A DNA stretch of 62,000 nucleotides from Hyalangium minutum (GCF_000737315.1 NZ_JMCB01000005.1:206001-268000); one strand, 5' to 3'. Counted from the first letter of the stretch, positions 38,281 to 47,997 are shown. A program made the numbers and translations. The notes: a model not told the origin generated them from the sequence alone.

Positions 38281-41200
38281 TCAGGGCGAGGGCTCCGCGC
38301 GGCGAGCCGGCGGCGCGGTGTGAGCCAGCGCCTCCGGGGTGACATGGGAGACGGTGGCCACGCCCTTGGCCATGGTGTGCGGGGGCTCCGCGTAGGCCAG
38401 GAGCACGTCGGCCTGGCCCGTCTCCTCGGGGGTGCGTGGGGAGAACACGGAGTTGAAGAACCGCTTCGCGCGCTCCGCGAGGCTGTCCAGCAGCGAGTAG
38501 GCCACCGGCGTCACTAGCAGCGTGAGCACCAGGGAGAGCGTCTGTCCGCCCACCACCACGCCCGCGGTGGCGCGGTTGAAGCCGGCGCCGATGCCCGTGG
38601 AGGTAACGAGCGGCAGCATGCCCGCCACGAACGAGAGCGTCGTCATGAGGATGGGGCGCAACCGGTCGCGGCTGCCCACGACGATGGCCTCGGTCTTCTC
38701 CAGGCCCGCGGCGCGCAGCTGGTTGGCGTGGTCGATCTGAAGGATGGAGTTCTTCTTCACCACGCCGAAGAGCACCATCAGGCCGAGCATCGAGTAGATG
38801 TCCAGGGACTGGCGGAACACGAGCAGCGAGATGAGGGCGAACGGGACGGTGAGCGGCAGCGAGAGGAGGATGGTGAGGGGGTGGAGCCAGCTCTCGAACT
38901 GCGCCGCCAGGATGAGGTACATGAAGACGAAGGCCAGGCCGAAGGCGATGGCGAAGTTCGTCATCGTGCGGCCAATCTCGCGCGACTGGCCCAGGGGCTT
39001 GGCCGAGTAGCCCGGCGGCAGCTTCAGGTCCTTCACGGCCTGCTCCAGCTGGGTCAGCACCGTGCCCGAGCCAGTGCCCGGCGCCGTGTTGGCGGTGAGC
39101 AGCACCTGGCGCTGGCGGTTGAGGCGGTTGATGGTGGCGGCGCCCTCCTCGTGCTCCACGTGGAGCACGTCCATCAGCGGCACGCTGCCCGCCCGGGCCG
39201 AGGGCACGGTGAGCTGCGAGAGCGCCTCCACGCTGTCACGGGCGGTGGGCTCGGCGCGCAGGCGCACGTCGTAGATGTTGCCGTTCTCCACATAGGAGGA
39301 GACCTCCACGCCGCCCACGAAGAGCTGAAGCGTGGCGGCCACGTCCGACACCTGCACGCCCAGGTCCGCGGCGCGCGAGCGGTTGATGAAGGCGCTCACC
39401 TCGGGCTTGCCGAGGATGAGGTTGGTGTCCGCGTCCACCGCGCCGGGGATGGCCTTGAGCTTCTCCTTGAGGGTGTTGGCGTACCGGGTCAGCTCCTTGA
39501 AGTCCGGACCGGTGACCACCATCATCACCGCGGCCTGGGTGCCGCCGCCGCTGAAGGCGGAGACCTCGGACACGTTCACGCGCCACTCCGGCGGCAGCTT
39601 GGAGGTGAAGTCGCGGCGCACGCGCGCCATCACCTGGTCCTGGCTCTCCTTGCGCGTGCTCGGGTGCGTCATCTGCACGAAAATCTTCGCCAAGTTGGGG
39701 GCGCGCTCGTTGTTGTCGCCAATGGTGACGAGCGTGGAGCGCACCTCGGGCAGCTCGCGCAGCTGGCGGCCCAGGCGCTCGGAGACGAGCTGAGTGGAGG
39801 CCAGGCTGGTGCCCTCGGGCATGCGCATGTTCACCTCGAACTGGGCCTCGTCGCTCTTGGGGAGGAAGCCCTTGGGCACCGCCTGCATCAGCGGCACGCA
39901 CGAGCCCAGGGTGGCGAACGCCATCACCACCGCCACCCACCGGTGCCGCAGCATCCACCGCAGCGACCGGTCATAGGCGCGCTCGATGGGCAGGTAGAAG
40001 GTGTCGGTGACGCGCTCCAGGAAGGGCTTCTGGTGGGCCCCGCCCTTGGGCGCGCTCAGCCACCGCGCCGACAGCATGGGCGTCAGCGAGAAGGACACCA
40101 GCAGGGACACGGCGATGGAGAACGCCATGGTCCACCCGAAGCTGCTGAGGAAGCGGCCGGGGATGCCGCCCATGAAGGCCATGGGCAGGAACACGGCGAT
40201 GAGCGACAGCGTGGTGGCGAGCACCGCCAGGCCAATCTCCTTCGTCGCGAGGATGGCGGCGGGGAAGGGCTTCTCTCCCTTCTCGTGGATGTGGCGGAAG
40301 ATGTTCTCCAGCACGACGATGGCGTCGTCGATGACGATGCCCACCGCCAGCGCCAGGGCCAGCAGGGTGATGGTGTTGAGGGTGAAGCCCTGGGCCTTCA
40401 TCAGCGCGAAGGTGGAGACGATGGAGGTGGGGATGGCGAGCGCGGCGATGAGGGTGGAGCGCCAGCTTCCCAAGAAGAGCAGCACCACCAGCGAGGCGAA
40501 CAGGCCGCCCAGCACGAGGTGCTCGCGCACGGCCTCCACGCTGGTGCGGGTGGTGGCCGAGTTGTCGCGCACCACCTCGAGCGTGTAGCCCGAGGGGAGG
40601 TTCGGGCGCAGCTGCGCCACGCGCTCGTTGATGGCGTCTACCACCGCCACGGTGTTCTCACCGGACTGCTTGCGGATGGAGAGCATGACGGACGGCTTGC
40701 CGTCCTGGCTCGCGGCGGTGACGGCCTCCTGCTCGCCGTCCTCCACGCGCGCCACGTCCGAGACGCGCAGGATGTGGCCATCGCGCTCGCGCAGCACCAG
40801 TTGGCCCAGCTCCTCCACCTTCTCCACACGGCCGCGCAGACGCAGCGACAAGCGCGTGGGGCCCGTCTCGATGGCACCGCCGGGCACCATGAGGTTCTGT
40901 CCGGAGATGGCGCGCTGCAGCTCCGCCGCGCTCACTCCGGCCGCCCGCATCTTCGCCGGGTCCAACCACACGTTCACCTGGCGCTTGCGGCCACCGATGA
41001 GGGTGACCTGGCCCACGCCGGGCACCGTCTCCAGGCTGGGGCGCACCTTGCGATCCGCCAGCTCGGTGATCTCCCGGATGGGCCGATCCGCGTTGAGCGA
41101 CAGGAAGAGCACCGGCGAGGCATCCGGATCCAGCTTCTGGACGATGGGCGTCTCCGCGTCGCGCGGCAGCTCGGGGATGATCTGGCTGACGCGGTCGCGC

Positions 41201-41526
41201 ACCTCCTGCACGGCGGTGTCCACGTCCTTCTCCAGGACGAAGCCGATCTGCACCACGCTCACGCCCTCGGAGGTGGTGGAGATGAGGTCGTCAATGCCGC
41301 TGACGGTGTTGACGGCCTCTTCGATTTTCTCGGTCACCTCCGTCTCCACCTCCGGCGGCGCGGCGCCGGGCAGGCGGGTGACGACGGTGACGAACGGCAA
41401 GTCCACCTTGGGGAAGCGGTCCACGCCGAGCTGCATGTAGCCAGCCACGCCGAGGACGCAGAAGAAGAGGATGAGCACCGTCGCGAGGACGGGCTTGCGG
41501 ACGCACAAGCTCGCGAGCCACTGCAT
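38281..41526 (-). CDS. RND efflux permease (AcrB/HAE1-like)
   Basis: FPKVDLP, GIVIDDAIVVLENI, VVKKNSILQID, RLRPILMT. Confidence 0.96.
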   Translation of the reverse strand: MQWLASLCVRKPVLATVLILFFCVLGVAGYMQLGVDRFPKVDLPFVTVVTRLPGAAPPEVETEVTEKIEEAVNTVSGIDDLISTTSEGVSVVQIGFVLEKDVDTAVQEVRDRVSQIIPELPRDAETPIVQKLDPDASPVLFLSLNADRPIREITELADRKVRPSLETVPGVGQVTLIGGRKRQVNVWLDPAKMRAAGVSAAELQRAISGQNLMVPGGAIETGPTRLSLRLRGRVEKVEELGQLVLRERDGHILRVSDVARVEDGEQEAVTAASQDGKPSVMLSIRKQSGENTVAVVDAINERVAQLRPNLPSGYTLEVVRDNSATTRTSVEAVREHLVLGGLFASLVVLLFLGSWRSTLIAALAIPTSIVSTFALMKAQGFTLNTITLLALALAVGIVIDDAIVVLENIFRHIHEKGEKPFPAAILATKEIGLAVLATTLSLIAVFLPMAFMGGIPGRFLSSFGWTMAFSIAVSLLVSFSLTPMLSARWLSAPKGGAHQKPFLERVTDTFYLPIERAYDRSLRWMLRHRWVAVVMAFATLGSCVPLMQAVPKGFLPKSDEAQFEVNMRMPEGTSLASTQLVSERLGRQLRELPEVRSTLVTIGDNNERAPNLAKIFVQMTHPSTRKESQDQVMARVRRDFTSKLPPEWRVNVSEVSAFSGGGTQAAVMMVVTGPDFKELTRYANTLKEKLKAIPGAVDADTNLILGKPEVSAFINRSRAADLGVQVSDVAATLQLFVGGVEVSSYVENGNIYDVRLRAEPTARDSVEALSQLTVPSARAGSVPLMDVLHVEHEEGAATINRLNRQRQVLLTANTAPGTGSGTVLTQLEQAVKDLKLPPGYSAKPLGQSREIGRTMTNFAIAFGLAFVFMYLILAAQFESWLHPLTILLSLPLTVPFALISLLVFRQSLDIYSMLGLMVLFGVVKKNSILQIDHANQLRAAGLEKTEAIVVGSRDRLRPILMTTLSFVAGMLPLVTSTGIGAGFNRATAGVVVGGQTLSLVLTLLVTPVAYSLLDSLAERAKRFFNSVFSPRTPEETGQADVLLAYAEPPHTMAKGVATVSHVTPEALAHTAPPARRAEPSP

Positions 41527-41547
41527 GACTGGACCTGAGCCTTTCGA

Positions 41548-42663
41548 CTACTGCAGCTTCACGCCGTCGCGGAGCTCCGCGCTGGCAGTGGCCACCACGC
41601 GCTCACCCGGGCGCACTCCGGACAGCACTCCCACCGTCGTCCCCACCGCCTCGCCGAGCTGCACCAGCCGCTCCTCGAGCTTGCCCTCGCTCGCCACGAA
41701 GACGCGCGACTCGCTGCCCTCGACGCGCACCGCCGTGCGAGGCACCACCGGCAGCGCCACGTCTCCCAGCCGCAGCTTCACGGTGGCGAACTGGCCCGGA
41801 ATCAGCTTGTGGCCGGGGTTGGGCACCAGCGCCTCGACGACCAAGTCACGCGTGCCGCGGCGCAGCGCCGGGCCCACGTAGGTGACGGTGGAGCGGTGCA
41901 CGGTGCCCGGGTCAGCGGTGAGGGTGAACTCTACCTCCTGGTTCTTCTGTACGCCGGTGGCCTGCGCCTCCGGCACGGTGATCTCCAAGCGGAGCGGGTC
42001 GGTGGCCAGCAGGGTGACGACGCGCGAGTCCTGGCGGACGTACTCGCCCACGCCCACGGCGCGCTCGGCCACCAGCCCGTCGAAGGGTGCGCGGATGGTG
42101 GTGTCCGCGAGGTTGTTCTCGATGAGGCTCAGGCGGGCCTCGGCGGCGGCGGCCTGAGCAGCGGCGTTGCGGCACTGCGCCTGCATCCGCTGGTGGTCCG
42201 CGGCGGAGACGGAGCCGCCCTCGAAGAGCTTGTCGTTGCGGGCGCAGTCGGCCTCGGCGAGCTCCTTCTGCGTGCGGGCCAGCTCCACCTGGGCGCGGGC
42301 CTCGGCGGCGCTGGCGCTGGCGGCGCGCGCATCCAGCCGGACGAGCACATCGCCCTTCTTTACCAGCGCGCCGCGCTCCACGTGCACGGAGAGCACTTTG
42401 CCTGCGGCGCCCGCAGCCACGTCCGAGTCCTCGAACGCGGTGAGCGAGCCGGTCAGCGTGAGGAAGCGGGGCACGGCGGCCTCTCCCACCACCACCGTGG
42501 AGGCCTGGACCGTGGGCATCGGCGCGGGGGCCACCTTCGCGGGAGCTGCGGCCTCATGGGAACCACAGCCTGCGCCCAGCACCGCCATCAGCCCACTCAG
42601 CCCCAGGGCCCACAGGCCAGACCGAGAGAAGGCGCCGCCCCCTCGAAGAAACCGCTGCCGCAT
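41548..42663 (-). CDS. RND membrane fusion protein
   Basis: Start MRQRFL, lipobox GAGC; GKVLSVHVERG..VKKGDVL.RLD; IRAPFDG. Confidence 0.93.
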   Translation of the reverse strand: MRQRFLRGGGAFSRSGLWALGLSGLMAVLGAGCGSHEAAAPAKVAPAPMPTVQASTVVVGEAAVPRFLTLTGSLTAFEDSDVAAGAAGKVLSVHVERGALVKKGDVLVRLDARAASASAAEARAQVELARTQKELAEADCARNDKLFEGGSVSAADHQRMQAQCRNAAAQAAAAEARLSLIENNLADTTIRAPFDGLVAERAVGVGEYVRQDSRVVTLLATDPLRLEITVPEAQATGVQKNQEVEFTLTADPGTVHRSTVTYVGPALRRGTRDLVVEALVPNPGHKLIPGQFATVKLRLGDVALPVVPRTAVRVEGSESRVFVASEGKLEERLVQLGEAVGTTVGVLSGVRPGERVVATASAELRDGVKLQ

Positions 42664-42732
42664 GACTGCTCTCCTGCGCCCTGTCCGGAAATGGCCAGGT
42701 TCCATGGTGCACTGCACAACGAATGGGGCGAG

Positions 42733-42766
42733 CTTGTAGCCCTCAATAGTTGAGCATGTCAATTGT
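42733..42766 (-). promoter_or_regulatory. sigma-70 promoter of the RND operon overlapped by a probable MarR operator
   Basis: Minus strand TTGACA (42757-62), 18 nt, TACAAG (42733-38). Palindromes CTCAA-TAG-TTGAG and TTGA-GCATG-TCAA. Confidence 0.62.
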
Positions 42767-42797
42767 CGACCTGTAACGAGTGAATTACGATGGAGCC

Positions 42798-43355
42798 ATG
42801 AGCAGGACGCACGGGGACAGGACGGAGGCACGCGCACGTCGAGGCGCGGAGGCAGCGGAGCCCGCGCAGCTTCAGGAGGAGCTGGCGCGCGAGGCGTGGG
42901 CACCGCTTTTCGAGCTCATCCAGGATCGGATGCGGCACTTTCCACTGCTGGCGGCGGAGTTCGAGCTGTCGCCGGTGCAGGCGCACGTGTTGAGGACGCT
43001 GGGGTACGGCCCGCAGCCGATGAGCATGTTGGCCGACTACCTCTCGTGTGACGCGTCGAACGTGACGGGGCTGGTGGACCGGCTGGAGACGCGGGGCCTG
43101 GTGGAGCGGCGCAACGCGGAGCACGACCGGCGGGTGAAGATGCTGTGCCTGACGGCGGCGGGCGCGGAGGTGCGACGCCGGCTGATGGAGCGGCTGAGCG
43201 AGCCGCCGGTGGCCATCGCCGCGCTCAGCGCGGAGGACCTGCGCGTGCTGCGGGACGTGATGCTGCGCGCGGTGGACAAGCTGAAGGAGCAGTCCCAGGA
43301 GGGGCGCGGCGTATTTGGTCCGCCGCCTCTGCGCGGCGAGAAGACGGGCCCTTAG
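42798..43355 (+). CDS. MarR-family transcriptional regulator
   Basis: LSPVQAHVL, MSMLA...DASNVTGLVDRLETRGLVER...DRR...LT..G; divergent from the pump. Confidence 0.92.
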   Translation: MSRTHGDRTEARARRGAEAAEPAQLQEELAREAWAPLFELIQDRMRHFPLLAAEFELSPVQAHVLRTLGYGPQPMSMLADYLSCDASNVTGLVDRLETRGLVERRNAEHDRRVKMLCLTAAGAEVRRRLMERLSEPPVAIAALSAEDLRVLRDVMLRAVDKLKEQSQEGRGVFGPPPLRGEKTGP

Positions 43356-43403
43356 CGGCGCACGGTCCAGCCGCTCGCTCTGACAGCGGTCCTCCTTGGG
43401 AGC

Positions 43404-43590
43404 TCACGCATCGCCGCTCCAATCCGAGCCCTGGGTCCTGCTGGAGCTGGAACAGAGGCGCCGCATCCAGCGGCGCAGGTTGTCACCACCGGGAGGCCAC
43501 CAAGCGAACCAGTCGAAGCGCTCTTCGTAGAAGAAGGGTTCCAGCAGATGTGCCAGGGCCCGGTACTTCGGCACTGTCAGGCGCGCAGCC
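43404..43590 (-). pseudogene. 3' fragment resembling a DUF3396/TsiV-type immunity protein C-terminus
   Basis: VPKYRALAHLLEPFFY...RRWMRRL resembles the PxYRxLAxxLEP...RRWxRRF ending I associate with that family; no N-terminal part. Confidence 0.45.
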
Positions 43591-43594
43591 CCCC

Positions 43595-44353
43595 TCAGCG
43601 CGGAGTGACGCGCCCGCCGATCTCCGGGAAGCGCTCGTAGGCCCTCTTCAGGGCGTCCAGGTGGGCGGAGGTGCCGAGTTCCAGCGGTGCCTCCGTGAGC
43701 TGGACCACCCACCCGCCCGACGCCGTGCGCCGCGCCCGAGAGAGCAATTCGGCGTCGCGCGAGGGGTCTGGGAATCCGATGGCGCGTGCGGCAGCGGCCG
43801 ACCAATAGTTCAGCCACCCGAGGTGAGCGGGAATCTCAGGCGAGCGCAGGTGCTCGAAGAGTTGCAGGGCGGGCAGCCCCCGGCGTGGGGACGGCGGCCC
43901 CTCTGGCGTGGGCGCTGTCTGATACGCGATGTCGAGCGCAGCGTCATCTGGCGTCGCGCGCCCCCACAGAGCGCACGCCCCCTCCGCCACGCCCTCCAGC
44001 AAAGCCGCCGCCGACGCGCTCACGCGCTCGTCCAGTGGCAGTTCCGCATACACTTCGAACAAGGGCTGACCGCCTGGGCTGAAAAGTCCATCTCTTCCCC
44101 TCCCGTTCACCGTCACGGGGTAGCTCTCGTCCCCGTTGCACAGGATGGGGAATTTCCCGCCCCGCGTCTTGTCTGCGAGCCACGCATCGCGTTGCGGCAA
44201 TGCGATGGGGCGCCCGCTGTCGGAGAGCCTCCACTCCAGACGCAAACCGGGGAGCGCCTTTTCCATCCCATGGACAATATCGAGCGTCCGACGGTCGTTG
44301 CCCACCAGCGCAGGCGCGAAGACCCTGACGATGAGGGTTCGATGCTGGGTCAT
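43595..44353 (-). CDS. DUF5953-like immunity protein
   Basis: APAL...VHGMEKALPGLRL.W, LGWLNYWSAAAA..IGFPDP.RDA.LL.RARRTA.GGWVVQLT..PL; ATGA overlap with the toxin stop. Confidence 0.75.
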   Translation of the reverse strand: MTQHRTLIVRVFAPALVGNDRRTLDIVHGMEKALPGLRLEWRLSDSGRPIALPQRDAWLADKTRGGKFPILCNGDESYPVTVNGRGRDGLFSPGGQPLFEVYAELPLDERVSASAAALLEGVAEGACALWGRATPDDAALDIAYQTAPTPEGPPSPRRGLPALQLFEHLRSPEIPAHLGWLNYWSAAAARAIGFPDPSRDAELLSRARRTASGGWVVQLTEAPLELGTSAHLDALKRAYERFPEIGGRVTPR

Positions 44354-44901
44354 CGTTGGCACCCCGTGACGACGATATGGAGGGTGTCATCCCGTTGCAG
44401 CAGCGCGTCTTTGTGCGCTTGGGTGCTCACCCCAATCATGTAGTCATATCCGCATGCCGCCGCAGCTCTTCGCTCCTCTACTATCTGCTCCATTTCCTTC
44501 TCAATCTCCTGCCTTCGAATGAAGGCAGGGTATGTGTCGAATTGATGGGTCTTGATCTCCCACAGCCTGCGCACGCCCACTTGCAGCGCATCGAAGCGCA
44601 CACCGCCCACGAGCACGTCCATTCCGGGATAACGGTTGGGCGGAAACGTGTCAGCGCATGCGTTATGCGGGACATCCCCTCCCGCGTGCGGCACTGGGAT
44701 GGGCGCGCACTCCGGGCGGCGCTCCAGCGTCACTGGGGCAGGCGGGGCCTTCTTGTTCTCTCTGGACCTCTTCGGTGTGGGGTTCGCCTCCGGTTCCTGC
44801 GAGGCCCGAGGAGCGTCTCCGGCCCAAAGGCCCGGCTCCCGAGTGGGCGGCAACACGCGCGTGTGCGGGCTTCGCGGCAGGGGCTCGGGGCGGACCTGCC
44901 C
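44350..44901 (-). pseudogene. 5'-truncated DUF6310-like nuclease toxin C-terminal module
   Basis: HAGGDVPHNACAD, FDALQ...WEIKT (PD-(D/E)xK-like). No signal peptide or lipobox; the frame runs into the tonB 3' end. Only usable start is GTG 44856. Confidence 0.65.
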
Positions 44902-44902
44902 T

Positions 44903-45691
44903 TTAGTCCAGCAGGAAGGTGTAGGCGTACTTCATCTCGGTGGAGACGGCCTCGCCGCCCTTGATGGCGGGCTTGAAGCGGAAGCGCTTGATGGCGTCTC
45001 GCGCGGCCTCGTTCAGCCCGTAGCCCGGCCCGGAGATGATCTTGGCGGCCACCACCTTGCCCTCGGGATCAATGGTGATGGAGAGGGTAACGGTGCCCTC
45101 GATGCCGGCGCGCCGGGCCTCCTCCGGGTAGGGAATCTTCACCTCGGAGGCGACCTTGGGCTCGGAGTCCACCTGGTAGATGGGCGTGTACTTGGGCGCC
45201 GCGTACTCCTTCACCTCGCTGGGCGCCTTGGCGGTGCCGTCCACCTTGCCATAGGCGGTGTTGCCCACGGGCGCGGCGAAGCCTCCGGCGCTGGTGGTAG
45301 AGGACATGGAGATGCCGACCACGAGCGGCACCGGCTTGGTGGGCTGCGGGGGCGGATCATTTGGAGGAGGCGGGGCCTGCTCCGGCGGCGGCGGAGGCGG
45401 CTTCTCGGCCACGGCCACCTTCACAGGGGGCGGCTTGGGCGGAGGCTTGGCCTTGGGTGGCTCGGGAGGCTTGGGCTCCTCCTTGGGCGGAGGAGGCGGC
45501 GGTGGGGGCTTCTGCACCTCCACCATGACGAGTTCCACGGGCTTCTGGACCACGGCAGCCGGGCGCTCCTTCATGCGGCTGAGCGCGAACAGGCCCACGC
45601 CGTGCGCCGTCAGCGAGACGATCACGAACACCAGCGTCGCCACGGAGGAGCGTCGAGGAGGGAGAGGGCTGTCGAGTGCCGCCTGGCTCAT
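44903..45691 (-). CDS. tonB: TonB family energy transducer
   Basis: N-terminal TM with H (SLTAHG), Pro/Lys-rich linker, YPEEARRAGIEG.V, FRFKPA. Confidence 0.93.
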   Translation of the reverse strand: MSQAALDSPLPPRRSSVATLVFVIVSLTAHGVGLFALSRMKERPAAVVQKPVELVMVEVQKPPPPPPPPKEEPKPPEPPKAKPPPKPPPVKVAVAEKPPPPPPEQAPPPPNDPPPQPTKPVPLVVGISMSSTTSAGGFAAPVGNTAYGKVDGTAKAPSEVKEYAAPKYTPIYQVDSEPKVASEVKIPYPEEARRAGIEGTVTLSITIDPEGKVVAAKIISGPGYGLNEAARDAIKRFRFKPAIKGGEAVSTEMKYAYTFLLD

Positions 45692-45703
45692 CGGCGCCGG
45701 TCC

Positions 45704-46147
45704 TCAGGGAGCTGCGGGGACGGCGGCCGGAACGGGCGCGGCGTCCTTCTGGATGTTGAGGGCGAACTTCGCGATGCCCTGGCCCTTCACCACGTCGATG
45801 AGCCGCATCACCCGGCCATAGGGCAGGGCCTGATCCGCGCTGATGATGGCGCGGGTGTCCTTGTCCTTGGCCACGGCCTCGGTGACTTTGCGGGACAGCT
45901 CGTCCTCGGCGACCTCGGTGCCGTCGAAGTAGAGCTTGCCGTCCTTGTCGATGACGACGTTGACGAGCCCCTGCACCGTCTCACCGCCATTGGCGGCGCG
46001 GGGCAGGTCCACCTCGACCGTCTCGCGGACGATGAAGTTGGCCGTCACCATGAAGATGATGAGGAGCACCAGCACGATGTCCACCAACGGGGTGACGTTG
46101 ATGCCGGTGATCTCTTCGTCGTTGTCCTGCTGAGCGCCGCCGGCCAT
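45704..46147 (-). CDS. exbD: ExbD/TolR family protein
   Basis: INVTPLVDIVLVLLIIFMVT, VDLP, ISAD...YG.V..LID. Confidence 0.92.
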   Translation of the reverse strand: MAGGAQQDNDEEITGINVTPLVDIVLVLLIIFMVTANFIVRETVEVDLPRAANGGETVQGLVNVVIDKDGKLYFDGTEVAEDELSRKVTEAVAKDKDTRAIISADQALPYGRVMRLIDVVKGQGIAKFALNIQKDAAPVPAAVPAAP

Positions 46148-46150
46148 GAC

Positions 46151-46855
46151 TCAACGGCCCTCGCTGGGAGAGGAGTCCTTGCGGCCCTCGGCGCGCAGGC
46201 TGCCCACCAGGGCGAAGCCCAGGGCGTTGGTGCGGCTGGTGAGCGTCTTGAGCTGGCGGCTGAAGGCGTTGAAGGCGACCACGGCGGGGATGGCGACGGC
46301 CAGGCCCACGGCGGTGGCGACGAGCGCCTCGGAGATGCCGGCCATGACGGTCTGCTGGATGGCGGCGCCCTTCACGCTGGCGGAGCCCAAGTCATGGAAG
46401 GCCTTGATGATGCCGAGCACCGTGCCGAACAAGCCGATGAAGGGGGCGTTGTTGCCCAGGGTGCCGAGGAAGGAGAGGTAGCGCTCGTACTGGGGGCGCT
46501 CGCGGGAGATGGTGGAGGCGATGACTTGCTCGACGGTGTCGGCGCCCTGAGCGGTGGAGGCGAGGCCCTCGCGGATGACGGCGGCCTCCATGCCCTTCTT
46601 GCCCTGGATGGCGGTGCGAACGGCGTCGAACTCGCCGCGGGCCAGCTTGAGGGCGAGGGCCTCGGAGTCGGGCAGCCGGTGGGTGGCGAAGTAGACGGCG
46701 CGCTCCAGCATGAGGGCGATGGAGAGCACGGAGAGGACGACGAGGAGCCAGAGCACCCACTCGGCGCTGGTGAGGGTGACGCCGAGCAGCTTGCGGCTCA
46801 GCCAGCCGACCTCGGGAGTGGTGGCGGCCTGGGCGAGAAGGAGGAGGGACGTCAT
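46151..46855 (-). CDS. exbB: ExbB/TolQ/MotA proton channel protein
   Basis: Start MTSLLL; LGTLGNNAPFIGLFGTVLGII.AF; GISEALVATAVGL.VAIPA. Confidence 0.92.
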   Translation of the reverse strand: MTSLLLLAQAATTPEVGWLSRKLLGVTLTSAEWVLWLLVVLSVLSIALMLERAVYFATHRLPDSEALALKLARGEFDAVRTAIQGKKGMEAAVIREGLASTAQGADTVEQVIASTISRERPQYERYLSFLGTLGNNAPFIGLFGTVLGIIKAFHDLGSASVKGAAIQQTVMAGISEALVATAVGLAVAIPAVVAFNAFSRQLKTLTSRTNALGFALVGSLRAEGRKDSSPSEGR

Positions 46856-47124
46856 GGAAGCCTGGAAGAGAGAGGGCACCGGCAGAACACCGGCCTTGCG
46901 TGAAAATTCACCTGCCGGGTGGGACGAAGCGCCGCATCCATTCTTCTCCGGGGCCGAAAAGTCAAATGATTCGGCAGGTTGGCACGTGTTTCCCCAGGCG
47001 AGGAACCGGCCTCTGTCTTGGAGCGTGAGAATCAGCAGGCCTATGGCTCGGAGTGAAGGCTGAGGAGGAAGTAGGCGAACGTGCGCCTGCCGACGCGCCG
47101 TGAAACGAACCTGTGACGGGCGGA

Positions 47125-47901
47125 TCAGCTCACGCGCCGAGCGGTGACGAGGGGTTGGTAGAAGCCGCTCTCCTGCGGCATGTGCCAGCGCACCTCGCGG
47201 AACCCGGCGGCCGTGAGTGCGCGGCTCAGTTCCTCGCGTTTGAGTGCGCGGTAGCGGGTGCGAACGCTCGTGGTGCTCCAGCCTTCGCCTTGGGGTTGGA
47301 GGATGAACAGCTCCACTTCGTAGCTGCGGCCATCGGCGGCCCAGGTCCACACCTGGAACGTGATGCGCCGAGACTCGCCTTCTCCGAGGACTCGCATCTC
47401 CGTAGGTACCGACGCGCCGGGCTTGGACTCCACCGCGTCGTAGTCGCGGATGGTGGCGATGAGCAGGCCTCCCGGATTCAGCACGGTGTGAAGGTGGTGA
47501 GCTGCGGCGGCAAGCTCCGTGTCCTCGAGCAAATGGGGCAGGGCGTTGTCACAGCTCAGCACCACGTCGAAGCGCTGGTGGATCTGCTCGCTCAGCGTGC
47601 GCATGTCCGCCACGGCGAACCCCGTCAGCTTCAGGCCTGCGGCAGTGGCTTCTTGCTCGGCGCGTGCAATGGACACGGGGCTGATGTCCGAGGCGAAGAC
47701 ACGATGCCCCCGTGCCGCGAGCCCCAGTGCCTGAGTGCCGATCCCGCAGCTCGCGTCCATTACTTCCTTCTGGCCATCTCCGAGCGCCGCCCGAATCAGG
47801 CCGTCCAGGATCGCTCCCTGGCGCTCGCGCGAGGCGGCCCAGTCCATGAAGATGAGGTGGTATCGCTCGGCGAGCCCATCATAGAAGCCGGTCGGATCCA
47901 T
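47125..47901 (-). CDS. class I SAM-dependent methyltransferase
   Basis: FYDGLA..Y, DASCGIGTQ, SDIS, ADMR, DNALPHL. Confidence 0.88.
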   Translation of the reverse strand: MDPTGFYDGLAERYHLIFMDWAASRERQGAILDGLIRAALGDGQKEVMDASCGIGTQALGLAARGHRVFASDISPVSIARAEQEATAAGLKLTGFAVADMRTLSEQIHQRFDVVLSCDNALPHLLEDTELAAAAHHLHTVLNPGGLLIATIRDYDAVESKPGASVPTEMRVLGEGESRRITFQVWTWAADGRSYEVELFILQPQGEGWSTTSVRTRYRALKREELSRALTAAGFREVRWHMPQESGFYQPLVTARRVS

Positions 47902-47997
47902 CCCGGGAGTATGGACAATGTAGGGGGCCGGGTGGGAGAGGGTGCTCCAGATGGCTTGTGGAAGCCCCTCCGGGTGACCGACACTCTGGTCCCAGCC

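Noticed and set aside
38728-41538. 936-aa plus-strand ORF
   Set aside because: Antisense shadow of the RND permease.
44636-46903. 755-aa plus-strand ORF
   Set aside because: Antisense shadow of exbB-exbD-tonB.
46856-47124. Cobalamin riboswitch or Fur box upstream of exbB
   Set aside because: No GGGAA...GGTG or CCCCGCAACTGT core on the coding strand; only partial Fur-like half sites (TGAAAATTCA, TGAGAATCA).
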